Source: a virus. From it: a stretch of DNA of 64,000 bases. The notes beneath the pieces are model-generated. The model saw only the letters and a program-made list of their open reading frames with translations. It was not told the origin of the DNA and made no database searches. Shown one piece after another: positions 48,510 through 56,924 of the stretch. Location: the IMG/VR virus record IMGVR_UViG_3300042387_000725, positions 25,156 to 89,155 of that record. One strand, 5' to 3'. Both the position numbers and the translations under genes were made by a program. Position 1 is the first letter of the stretch. Each line of letters opens with the position of its first letter.

Positions 48510-48692
48510 ATGTATAAAGTTAAACTAGAGTCATTTAATGGCTCAACTAAGGAAATCTCGCTACCCTCAAAGGGTGCGGTTGCTCAATTCATCTCAACAT
48601 ACCCAACGCAATTACCTGTTGGCGTATCCGTAAAAATCGCTTGCGATACTCTTGGAATTACTGGAACACTACGAGGAAAGGCTTCTCTCTAA
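48510..48692 (+). CDS. Small hypothetical protein, paralog of 44857-45030
   Basis: VKIACDTLGITG motif. Confidence 0.72.
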   Translation: MYKVKLESFNGSTKEISLPSKGAVAQFISTYPTQLPVGVSVKIACDTLGITGTLRGKASL

Positions 48693-49190
48693 TGGTAAAA
48701 ATTGAACATAACTTAAAATTCGTAACTGAGGTTGATGAAACCCACCCAGTAGGCATTCGCCTGCTAGAACTACCTAATGAAATGCAGATAACATTCCTTG
48801 AAAGCATGCTAAAGGATTTGCTTGTACCATACATTAAGCCTGAAATTGACCGCATAAATGAGGGTGGCTCTTATGCAATTCTAAAGGTGGCAGAATAATG
48901 ATGACACGCAAAGACTATGTAGCGGTTGCAGAAATTCTATCGTCTTATAAAGATTTAATAGGTGATGAATTTACTTTTGAGGATTTGGTAGAGGATTTTT
49001 CTGCAATGTTTTCAGATGACAATGCAAACTTCAAACATGAAAAATTTAGAGAGGCGTGTATGAAATGAATCGCTTACTAACTTCACTGGTGCAATTATTT
49101 TTAGCAGGTAGCGTAATTATTTTATTTCGCATGATGTTGCCAATGCTAAAAGAAGATTGGCAAGAAATAAAAAACGATTTGCGAAAGTAA
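48692..49190 (+). CDS. Three coupled small proteins (48692-48898, 48898-49068 MTRKDY-type, 49065-49190 with TM helix)
   Basis: Overlapping start/stop codons and SD motifs. Confidence 0.65.
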
Positions 49191-49196
49191 ATCATG

Positions 49197-49223
49197 ATCC
49201 TGAGCAAGATATAAAACTGCTCA
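49197..49223 (+). ncRNA. Predicted H-type pseudoknot, UGAGC/GCUCA family, copy 1
   Basis: ATC-C-TGAGC-AA-GAT-ATAAAACT-GCTCA. Confidence 0.65.
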
Positions 49224-49633
49224 ATTTTGGGCCGAGGCGTTTTCCACAGGTTTATCCACAGGCTATTAAGTGTGATTAAAAACACACCCCCAAAATCCCT
49301 GAAACTAGGGTTAAGAAGTTGAGTTTGTCACCCCCATAGTGTAGGATATTTATATCAAGTTAATTAAAGAAAGAAGGCTCACCATGACCTATACATGTAT
49401 GCAGTGTAATGAAAATGCAGTAGATGTAACTGAACTCTATTGCTTCCGTTGCTATCTTGACCGTGAGGTAGAAGCGATGATAGAGTATGACTATATCAAT
49501 TCACTATTCACCACTCAGGAGGCTAAGTAATGAACTACTATGACGACTACTATGAAAATCCAGAACCTGTATATGCAGGTTGCTATTGCAAACTAAACTA
49601 TCTATGCTCAGAATGTAAAGGAAGTTATAACTA

Positions 49634-49849
49634 ATGGAATACTTATACTCAGTAACTTGCACATATGACGGAGACCGCTCACCTCATTGGGTTGGTCGTT
49701 TTGATAACGCTATTGACGCAGTTAATTCATGGAATAAATTTGTTGATTGGGGCATGGCTCAGGAATATTCAACAGTTAATTTCTCAGAGCCTTCAGGCAA
49801 AATGCACACCAAAATCTTTTATCGCAACGGAAATGTAGGGGGTAAGTAA
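49634..49849 (+). CDS. Hypothetical protein
   Basis: Coupled ORF with SD. Confidence 0.7.
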   Translation: MEYLYSVTCTYDGDRSPHWVGRFDNAIDAVNSWNKFVDWGMAQEYSTVNFSEPSGKMHTKIFYRNGNVGGK

Positions 49850-49850
49850 T

Positions 49851-50189
49851 ATGGGTTCAGTTACAGCACTAGGAATTCAGGATACAGTCTTGGACTTGGA
49901 GACTCAGATTCTCTATCACCTTAAAGGTAATCACTATCCACCTGTACCCGCAGAAATGGTAGCGCCATGCATTGAAGCCATTGACGCATACTACGATGAG
50001 GACTATGACCGCATGATTGACATGCCAAAGGTTGGTGACTTTCAGATTCTCTACAAGAATTCAACAGTTGCACCTGCATGGGCTATCGTAGAGCAACACC
50101 ACCTTCAGACTTTCATTGACTCAGTAGATGATTGGCAAGATGGGTCAGACGACTTCCCACTCTCACTAGAATATGATGAGGGGGAATAA
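49851..50189 (+). CDS. Hypothetical protein (HLxxNHYPP motif)
   Basis: YHLKGNHYPPVP...IVEQHHL. Confidence 0.75.
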   Translation: MGSVTALGIQDTVLDLETQILYHLKGNHYPPVPAEMVAPCIEAIDAYYDEDYDRMIDMPKVGDFQILYKNSTVAPAWAIVEQHHLQTFIDSVDDWQDGSDDFPLSLEYDEGE

Positions 50190-50190
50190 A

Positions 50191-50433
50191 ATGAGTGCTA
50201 CAATAAAGAATATGGAACTAGTATGGGCAGATAAATTAACGCCAGGGTCACTGATGGAAGGTGACTTAATTAAAGTTGATGGCGATCTAATTGAAGTTAT
50301 TAGCATTAATTCTGATTCAACAGGTGATAACTATTTTATTGAATATGCTGATCCATATGGCGAACAAGATACATTAACAATTTTATATGACACATATGTT
50401 GATTTATATGTGTATGTAGATTTAGACGATTAG
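50191..50433 (+). CDS. Small acidic SH3-like protein
   Basis: LTPGSLMEGDLIKVDG. Confidence 0.6.
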   Translation: MSATIKNMELVWADKLTPGSLMEGDLIKVDGDLIEVISINSDSTGDNYFIEYADPYGEQDTLTILYDTYVDLYVYVDLDD

Positions 50434-50514
50434 CAGTTGGGCTCGGGGGCCCTGTGAGATTCATCACAATTAAGAGGATTTGATATTTTTCCCAATTCTT
50501 GCTAAAATTATTAC

Positions 50515-50664
50515 ATGAAAAAAACACCAGAGGAATTAAGGCGACTAATGGAGCTTCGCCGTTCTAATGCTGCCTCTGCAGTCCCCAACAAAAAGAAATA
50601 TGACAGAAAGAAATGTCAGTCCCAAATGCTAAAATTAATAAAAGAAAGAGGCCACCATGACTAA
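50515..50664 (+). CDS. Small basic protein (LRRSNAA...KKKYDRK)
   Basis: Leaderless TTGATA-17-TAAAAT-6-ATG; 49 aa. Confidence 0.65.
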   Translation: MKKTPEELRRLMELRRSNAASAVPNKKKYDRKKCQSQMLKLIKERGHHD

Positions 50665-51379
50665 ACTACTACGCTCTAAAGATAGAAAAGTTGCAAACCT
50701 TGTAACACCTAACGGTAAGCAAGCAAGCATTGCTAATACATTTGGATTACCTGCAGGCAAGGCATACTCATGTCCTGGTGCTACTAGCGTATGCGAAAGT
50801 GTATGCTATGCAGGTAAGTTAGAAAAAGTATTCCCAACAGTTAAAGTTAATCTATTGCATAACTGGAATCTACTTAAAGACGCAGACTATGAAACCATGG
50901 TAGCGCTACTTAAAGAAATGATAGTAGATTTTATTAAAGATTGTGCAAAGAAAGACGCACCATTGCTATTCCGTATCCATTGGGACGGAGATTTCTTTAA
51001 CGATACCTACGCATATGCATGGAAGCAAGTAATCATGGATTATCGCCATGTACAGTTCTGGGTATATACACGTGTAGAGACAGCAGCGGTAATGCTTAAA
51101 GACCAACCTAATCTATCTTTATATTATTCTACAGATAGTGAGAATAAGGCTACAGGTATTGCACTTAAAAATGATCATGACATATCCCTTGCATACCTTG
51201 CAAAAAATTTCTTAACAGGGCAAGCAGACATGAAAGAATTAACAGGCAAGCCTGGTGCTAAATGTCCTGAGAATAAAAAAGCAATTCCACTTATCTCACA
51301 ACAGGGCTCTGCGTGTGCAACCTGCAAATTGTGTATTTATGAGAAGTCTGATATAGTATTTAGCGCAACCAAAAAGTAA
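50657..51379 (+). CDS. Gp88-like Fe-S/radical-SAM-related protein
   Basis: FGLPAGKAYSCPGATSVCESVCYA, FRIHWDGDF, FWVYTR, C-terminal CATCKLC. Confidence 0.8.
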   Translation: MTKLLRSKDRKVANLVTPNGKQASIANTFGLPAGKAYSCPGATSVCESVCYAGKLEKVFPTVKVNLLHNWNLLKDADYETMVALLKEMIVDFIKDCAKKDAPLLFRIHWDGDFFNDTYAYAWKQVIMDYRHVQFWVYTRVETAAVMLKDQPNLSLYYSTDSENKATGIALKNDHDISLAYLAKNFLTGQADMKELTGKPGAKCPENKKAIPLISQQGSACATCKLCIYEKSDIVFSATKK

Positions 51380-51573
51380 GGGCTACTTATGGAATATCTA
51401 ATACTAGTTATCCTATTATTCATAATCCTACTGGCGGGTATGGGGCATGAGTGACCTATATCACACCAAAAATGTCTCAAAATATGAGATTTTTAGGGTT
51501 TGGATTTGATAAATGTCAGAGCATAAATGTATAATATAAATATAAGCAAAACCAACTACAAAGGAGAAACACA

Positions 51574-51738
51574 ATGTCAGTAGCAACATCAACATACAAG
51601 GTAGGCGACACTTTCACCACACAGAAGTCAAAGGTCACAGGAACTATTGAGGAAATTATCCCTCAGCCAAATGGTAATGTGCGTGTGAAGTTAATGGTAG
51701 ATGGAAAGCCACGCTATACAACTTGGACAGCCAAGTAA
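51574..51738 (+). CDS. Small SH3/KOW-like protein
   Basis: YKVGD...GTIEEI...VRVKL; SD aaggag. Confidence 0.7.
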   Translation: MSVATSTYKVGDTFTTQKSKVTGTIEEIIPQPNGNVRVKLMVDGKPRYTTWTAK

Positions 51739-51761
51739 GTTTGGCAATAACGCCAAAAAAC

Positions 51762-51834
51762 ACACGCCCCACAGAAATGCGTGTCTAAATAAATAGAGTG
51801 GGACAACCTGAGCAAGTTGTCAAAAGGCTCACCA
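51762..51834 (+). ncRNA. Two abutting predicted H-type pseudoknots (includes family copy 2, ending CCA)
   Basis: ACACGC/GCGTGT with CCCAC/GTGGG, then GACAAC-C-TGAGC-AA-GTTGTC-AAAAG-GCTCA-CCA. Confidence 0.7.
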
Positions 51835-51894
51835 TAATGTCAGTACCACCCCCTATAATAGAAATATCAACCACCAAAGAAAAGAGAGCAACAA

Positions 51895-52320
51895 ATGGCA
51901 ACAAGAGGAAAAGCAATCTCAGTAAAAATCGCAACAACAAAGGTAATCAACGCACTAGAAGGCGCACTCGCTAAACTAGAACTTGACTACACAACACAAG
52001 AAGCCAACGAAGCAAAGCATGAAATTGCTCGCAAGGCTTGGCAGAACGAACTTATTGCTTATGCTACTAAGCATATTGCAAATGCAGAAAACTTCCGCAC
52101 ATCATATCGTTCATGGAACAATCAACTCAACATTGACTTTGACCTAACAGTTTCAGAGTCAGAGTTGCCAGCGCAACCTGAAAAGGACTTCATCACAATG
52201 AGCCAATACGAATACAAGGAAAAGCGTGAGGAACTCTCAAACGCAATTCGTATTCTCAAAATGACAGATGAGGAAGTTGTAAATACTTCCACATACAATG
52301 CGGTGGCTCGCTACCTATAA
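51895..52320 (+). CDS. Hypothetical coiled-coil protein
   Basis: 141 aa, preceded by a PafBC-type promoter. Confidence 0.8.
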   Translation: MATRGKAISVKIATTKVINALEGALAKLELDYTTQEANEAKHEIARKAWQNELIAYATKHIANAENFRTSYRSWNNQLNIDFDLTVSESELPAQPEKDFITMSQYEYKEKREELSNAIRILKMTDEEVVNTSTYNAVARYL

Positions 52321-52550
52321 AACTTAGGGGGGCAACTTAAAGTCCTGAACCCTAACGACCTAAGTAAGTCGCAAAACTGCTTAACAGAGTTACTGCCAGT
52401 GCTATAGCGAGGCAAGTGCATTCCTGAGTAAGAATTAAAACTGCTCAACTTCGCCAGGCTGATTAGGGCGATAATAGAAATACTATAGAGCAAGGGTACT
52501 GCAGCCCTAAAGAAGCAGACATCCTGAGTATGATCCAAAACTGCTCACCA
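52321..52550 (+). ncRNA. Tandem array of predicted pseudoknots (family copies 3-5 plus interspersed others)
   Basis: Family copies at 52356-52383, 52420-52447, 52521-52550; others at 52394-52422 and 52493-52518. Confidence 0.7.
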
Positions 52551-52709
52551 ATATTTATTCAGCTGATTGCATAAGTATGCGGGGCCGAGATAATGTGAGA
52601 TTAATCACACCCATTAAGTCTCACTATTTAAGATTCCTGGAATTACGTCTTGCATTTGTCAGTGGCCATTGCTAGAATTATATTATTAACTAAACAGAAA
52701 GAGGCCCCC

Positions 52710-53171
52710 ATGGACCACGAAAAGCCAACACTAACAAACGAATACTACATGACAAGAGAATTTCTTGAGCGACAGATTGCTGCACTAACAGAGTCAATTG
52801 AGAAAAAGGATGCATTGATTATTTCATTGCAGGACCGTTCATCAGAACATTCATCAACTCTTCTTACAGAGCGCCGTGCACATCTAGCAACTATGAATTC
52901 AATTAAAGAATATGTAGTTGAATCAGTCCGTAATGGAGAAATGAATCATTCAGTTGCAGAAGCGCTTGCTGAGATTTGTGAGTTTGAATTAACTAAGACT
53001 GTAACTGTTACTGCAACAGTTGAGTTTGAAGTTGAACTAGAGGTGCCATTTGAAGTAGATGCAGAAGAAGTTGCTAACACTCTTGAATTCAGTGTTGACT
53101 CATTTGATTATTCAATTGATGACTTCAGCGTTGATACCCGCTCAATTCAAGCAGAGGATAATATTTCATAG
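52710..53171 (+). CDS. Acidic hypothetical protein
   Basis: SD gaaagagg, MDHEKP start. Confidence 0.75.
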   Translation: MDHEKPTLTNEYYMTREFLERQIAALTESIEKKDALIISLQDRSSEHSSTLLTERRAHLATMNSIKEYVVESVRNGEMNHSVAEALAEICEFELTKTVTVTATVEFEVELEVPFEVDAEEVANTLEFSVDSFDYSIDDFSVDTRSIQAEDNIS

Positions 53172-53184
53172 GGGGCTATGAGAT

Positions 53185-53248
53185 AAGACCTACCGCATGT
53201 CTTTAAACTAGGTTAGCGGACCTGAGCATTGTCCACGTAAACGGCTCA
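53185..53248 (+). ncRNA. Pseudoknot pair including family copy 6
   Basis: GGAC-C-TGAGC-ATT-GTCC-ACGTAAACG-GCTCA, preceded by an AAGAC/GTCTT stem variant. Confidence 0.6.
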
Positions 53249-53422
53249 CTTTTTATTGCAAAAAAAATCTCGGGGGCAAAAACTTTCATTTGTCAAATTA
53301 AGAGGGTATGATTAAGATCACAGAAAAAATGTCCGATTTATGCCTATTTAACTATCCTGATTTGCATTTGTCAGTCCATGGGTGTATAGTTATCTTATCA
53401 ACAACAAAAAGGAGAAACACTC

Positions 53423-54445
53423 ATGGCACATGACCTAGAAACACAAAACGGCAAGACATCTTTTGCATCTTTCCGTGAACCTGCATGGCATGGATTGGGT
53501 ACTGTATTCACAGAAGAAAAAACAACCGCAGAAATGCTAGAGGCTGCAAGCCTTAATGGTTGGAATGTTCGTCTTGAGGATATGCCAATTCCATCACATC
53601 TTACAAGCGACAAGGCATATCAGTATGTCCTACGCACTAACCCTACAGATAACACACAGACAGATGTTCTTGGTGTTGTAGGTGAGCGTTATCATGTATT
53701 GCAAAATGAAGATTTATTTTCATTTGGTGATAATATTCTTGACGGCGGTGGTCGTTGGGAAACCGCTGGCGCTATCAAGGGTGGGCGTGTAGTATTTGGC
53801 TCACTTGCACTAGAGCGTGAGACAGTTCTTGACCCTAGCGGTGTTGCAGATAAGGTAAAGACTTATTTGCTCATCAACACATCACACGATGGTTCTATCG
53901 CAATTCAAGCAAGCATTACACCTGTTCGTGTAGTGTGCGCTAACACTCTTAACCTTGCGCTAGGTGGCGTAGGTCGTAAGAAAAATAAGGGTATCAAGCA
54001 ATCATTCAAGATTCGCCATACTCAGACCGCTAATGGCAAGGTGCAAATTGCTCGTGAGACTCTTGGTCTTGCTAATGCGTACATGGACGAATTTGATATC
54101 ATGGCTAAGGCTATGTTTGAGAAGGAAGTCAATGCTAAGCAATTCAATGACATCATTCTTGCTGCTTACCCTAAGCCTGAAAAGGATTCTAAGGGTGCGT
54201 TCAAGAAGTGGGAAAACAAGGTAGATGTTATTAACGATATCTACACTGGCGAATTTAATGGCATGATTGCTGGCTCTGCATGGGGCGCTTTCAATGCACT
54301 TACAGAACGCCTTGATTGGTATCGCACTGCAAGAGGTGGTTCTAACGAATCTATCCTTGCAAGCGCAAGTGGTTTTGACCCTGCAATTAACGCAGAGAAA
54401 AATCGTTTGCTAAAAGTTGTGCAGAATGTAATGTCAATCGCATAA
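53423..54445 (+). CDS. DUF932 / TIGR03299 phage-plasmid protein
   Basis: PAWHGLG...VGERYHVLQN...ETAGAIKGG...NTSHDGS...TPVRVVCANTL...IRHT. Confidence 0.9.
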   Translation: MAHDLETQNGKTSFASFREPAWHGLGTVFTEEKTTAEMLEAASLNGWNVRLEDMPIPSHLTSDKAYQYVLRTNPTDNTQTDVLGVVGERYHVLQNEDLFSFGDNILDGGGRWETAGAIKGGRVVFGSLALERETVLDPSGVADKVKTYLLINTSHDGSIAIQASITPVRVVCANTLNLALGGVGRKKNKGIKQSFKIRHTQTANGKVQIARETLGLANAYMDEFDIMAKAMFEKEVNAKQFNDIILAAYPKPEKDSKGAFKKWENKVDVINDIYTGEFNGMIAGSAWGAFNALTERLDWYRTARGGSNESILASASGFDPAINAEKNRLLKVVQNVMSIA

Positions 54446-54450
54446 CAAAA

Positions 54451-54482
54451 AAATCCTGAGCAAGATTTAAAACTGCTCACCA
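54451..54482 (+). ncRNA. Predicted pseudoknot, family copy 7, ending CCA just before tRNA-Asp
   Basis: AAATC-C-TGAGC-AA-GATTT-AAAACT-GCTCA-CCA. Confidence 0.68.
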
Positions 54483-54483
54483 G

Positions 54484-54557
54484 GATCTCATAGCTCAATT
54501 GGTTAGAGCGCTACCCTGTCACGGTAGAGGTTGCGAGTTCAAGTCTCGTTGGGATCG
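54484..54557 (+). tRNA. tRNA-Asp(GTC)
   Basis: Full cloverleaf: GATCTCA/TGGGATC acceptor, CTACC-CTGTCAC-GGTAG anticodon arm, TTCAAGT T-loop; no encoded CCA. Confidence 0.93.
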
Positions 54558-54690
54558 CAAAAGTTGGGCTCGGGATTTTTCTAAACTAAACAATTTAATG
54601 TCAAACCTTATTAAGATGAAATGACATTTTTCCCTGAAATTCTATTAAGAGGGACTTGAATTTGTCACCGTTCTTGGCTATAATTAATAT

Positions 54691-55238
54691 ATGACTACAC
54701 CATACAGCCCATATACCATAAACGAACTCGTAAATGCTATTTATGAGGATAACCTATCGCACTTTGAATTTGAGGAGAACATGGGTGGAGAACCCTGTGA
54801 CTGCCACCTACATATTACCATGGAAACTATTGTCAAGTATTGGGGAGAGTAATGTTAGGTTATACTAAAACAGATCTAGATGAGATGACTAATGCTATTG
54901 ATTCTGCTATGACTACCGTCAATCCTGACGATGACCCTTGGCTACATTCAAGACTGTTTATGGCCAGGGATTTCTTAGATGGCCTATGGGCAGAAGGCTA
55001 CTTTGACTAATGTCAGTGGCTACCTCTATAATTAATACATACACCAAAGGAGAAATAAATGGCAACATTTGATATCAAAGTAGTAGTAGAGTATTTCTAC
55101 GAAGTAGAAGCAGATAACGCAGAACAAGCAGAAGAACTAGGCTGGCACTATGAGGACTATGCTTTCTCAGGTGAGGTTTATTCTATTGATGTAACTCAGA
55201 CCTCTGAAGATGATGAGGATGAAGAAGATGACAACTAA
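54691..55238 (+). CDS. Three small acidic proteins (54691-54852, 54852-55010, 55059-55238)
   Basis: Leaderless or SD starts after PafBC-type promoters; coupled stops. Confidence 0.65.
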
Positions 55239-55318
55239 TGTAGTTTATGTTCCTTACTGTGGGGATTGTGACGCACAGTTAATTGATATGCCGTCATTTA
55301 TTGAAGGGCACAACTGCG

Positions 55319-55498
55319 ATGAATGAGTTCATTGAATATATAAAGATACATATCATTAGCCTAGAGCAAGACCTAGAGGCTGCACAGAATCATGAGCCTT
55401 TGGCTGAGGATGAGTACGATGAATCAGATGATTACTTATATGGTTCCATTGAGACAGCCAAACACCTTTTGTCAGTGGCAGAGGGTATGATTAAATAA
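55319..55498 (+). CDS. Small acidic helical protein
   Basis: MNEFIEYIK..., TAATG coupling. Confidence 0.6.
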   Translation: MNEFIEYIKIHIISLEQDLEAAQNHEPLAEDEYDESDDYLYGSIETAKHLLSVAEGMIK

Positions 55499-55782
55499 TG
55501 GAAACAACACAACTAGAACCAAGACTACAAAAACTGGTTGACCTAGGTGAATCAGGCACAGATATCCTACATGGAGAACTAAAGAATATGATGTATGAGT
55601 GCGAGAAGATTCTTGTACCCCTACTAGAAAACTCTAATGAGTTAGGCTCTGATGAAGAGTATGACGACACAGTTGAGCGTTTATATAATGAAGGATATAT
55701 GGACGCTTTGACTTCAGTATATGCTTTAACATATCAGTTAGCATTTGCTATTAACGATAGGAGACAAAATGGGAATGCGTGA
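55498..55782 (+). CDS. Hypothetical protein
   Basis: Leaderless start after the promoter at 55470. Confidence 0.72.
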   Translation: METTQLEPRLQKLVDLGESGTDILHGELKNMMYECEKILVPLLENSNELGSDEEYDDTVERLYNEGYMDALTSVYALTYQLAFAINDRRQNGNA

Positions 55783-56029
55783 TGAGTCATGGTGTAACTC
55801 TTGTGGCTGTTCTATTCCATACACAGAGGAAGAAGACTACAATGCCTACTGTGGAGAGTGTGCCTCTATATCTGTTATAGATGACCTCCGTGCTTTTGTA
55901 GAGGGTCGTATCAAAGAGCTAACAGAATTGCGTGAGAAGTATCAGGCAGAGGGCGATCATGAACTAGATGATTACTCAGCAGGGGCTATTGACGCATACG
56001 ATATTGTCCGTATGAAGTTGACAGATTAA
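55769..56029 (+). CDS. Zn-ribbon protein
   Basis: CNSC...CGEC; SD aggag. Confidence 0.65.
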   Translation: MGMRDESWCNSCGCSIPYTEEEDYNAYCGECASISVIDDLRAFVEGRIKELTELREKYQAEGDHELDDYSAGAIDAYDIVRMKLTD

Positions 56030-56080
56030 TCTTGACCCTGTAAAATTAATATATAAACCACCTAGTAGAAAGAGACCACC

Positions 56081-56797
56081 ATGCCAAATTGGGTATATAA
56101 CGGATTAACCATTGAGGGTAATCCAGAGCAAGTCAAATCACTAATAGCACAGATGAACAAACCATTTGTGGATTCTATTAAACCTAATGGAGACCTTGCT
56201 TACTCTATTCAACAGCGTAAGTATGTTAATCCTATCTTTTCATTTAGGAACATCATTGCTCCTACAGATATGGAAGCGTATCATTCTGTTCCTGTATTCC
56301 CTGAAAAATTTAGCCTAGCATTTGAGGGCAACGATTGGTACAACTTTAACAACCGTGAGTGGGGTACTAAGTGGGACGTAGCAGTAGTAGAGGGCGATGA
56401 GTATCCTACTACAACCATTCAAGAATCAGAAAACGGTGAGAACTATGTAGTTTATTATAGTTTTGAAACAGCATGGTCAAGACCTGTTCCTGCCCTTCAG
56501 AAACTATCTAGTCAGTATCCTAACCTACTTATGACATTATCATATGAGGAAGAGACTGGCTGGGGTGGGGAAATGGAATTCCTGCGTGGTGAGATTATTT
56601 CTGAATCAGAGTATGACAGTATGTGTAGAGATTGTGATGCTACAGACCAAATGGATTTCTGCGAGGACTGTGAAGAAACAATCTGCAGCAATTGTAACTG
56701 GCTAGGAGAGGCTGACCTACAGGCAGTTGCACAATGTGATACCCACAAGATATACTTAGATACTAAGGTCCCTGAGTACAGAAAGGTTTCTAACTAA
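56081..56797 (+). CDS. DUF1281/YubB-like ferredoxin-fold protein with Cys-rich tail
   Basis: MPNWVYN...WYNFNNREWGTKWD...FETAWSRP...YEEE; TTGACA-17-TAAAAT promoter. Confidence 0.82.
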   Translation: MPNWVYNGLTIEGNPEQVKSLIAQMNKPFVDSIKPNGDLAYSIQQRKYVNPIFSFRNIIAPTDMEAYHSVPVFPEKFSLAFEGNDWYNFNNREWGTKWDVAVVEGDEYPTTTIQESENGENYVVYYSFETAWSRPVPALQKLSSQYPNLLMTLSYEEETGWGGEMEFLRGEIISESEYDSMCRDCDATDQMDFCEDCEETICSNCNWLGEADLQAVAQCDTHKIYLDTKVPEYRKVSN

Positions 56798-56924
56798 TGC
56801 AAACATATTTACTTGAAATGCGGGTAGATGAAGAATGGCTCAAAGTTCTTGACAAGATAACTAATGATGTATATGACGGCGAAGTATGCCAATGGCTAAG
56901 ACTACAAGCAGAGGGAGAAAACTA

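Larger units (their letters stand above)
45674..53322. promoter_or_regulatory. About 13 CRP/GlxR-like boxes (TGTGA-N6-TCACA)
   Basis: Perfect at 46885, 48111, 50453, 52594; 1-2 mismatches at 45674, 45784, 45817, 45859, 46869, 48037, 49271, 51450, 53307. Confidence 0.8.
45915..55491 (+). promoter_or_regulatory. 13 promoters of form TGTCAS-N10-TANNNT (PafBC/RecA-NDp type)
   Basis: TGTCAG/C at 45915, 46934, 48174, 48445, 49326, 50614, 51514, 51838, 52657, 53369, 54663, 55011, 55470, each exactly 10 nt before a -10 hexamer. Confidence 0.85.

Noticed and set aside
49197-54482. CTGAG...AAAC repeats as hammerhead ribozymes or a CRISPR array
   Set aside because: They lack the CUGANGA/GAAA core and three-stem junction; repeats are non-identical, irregularly spaced, and no cas genes are present.
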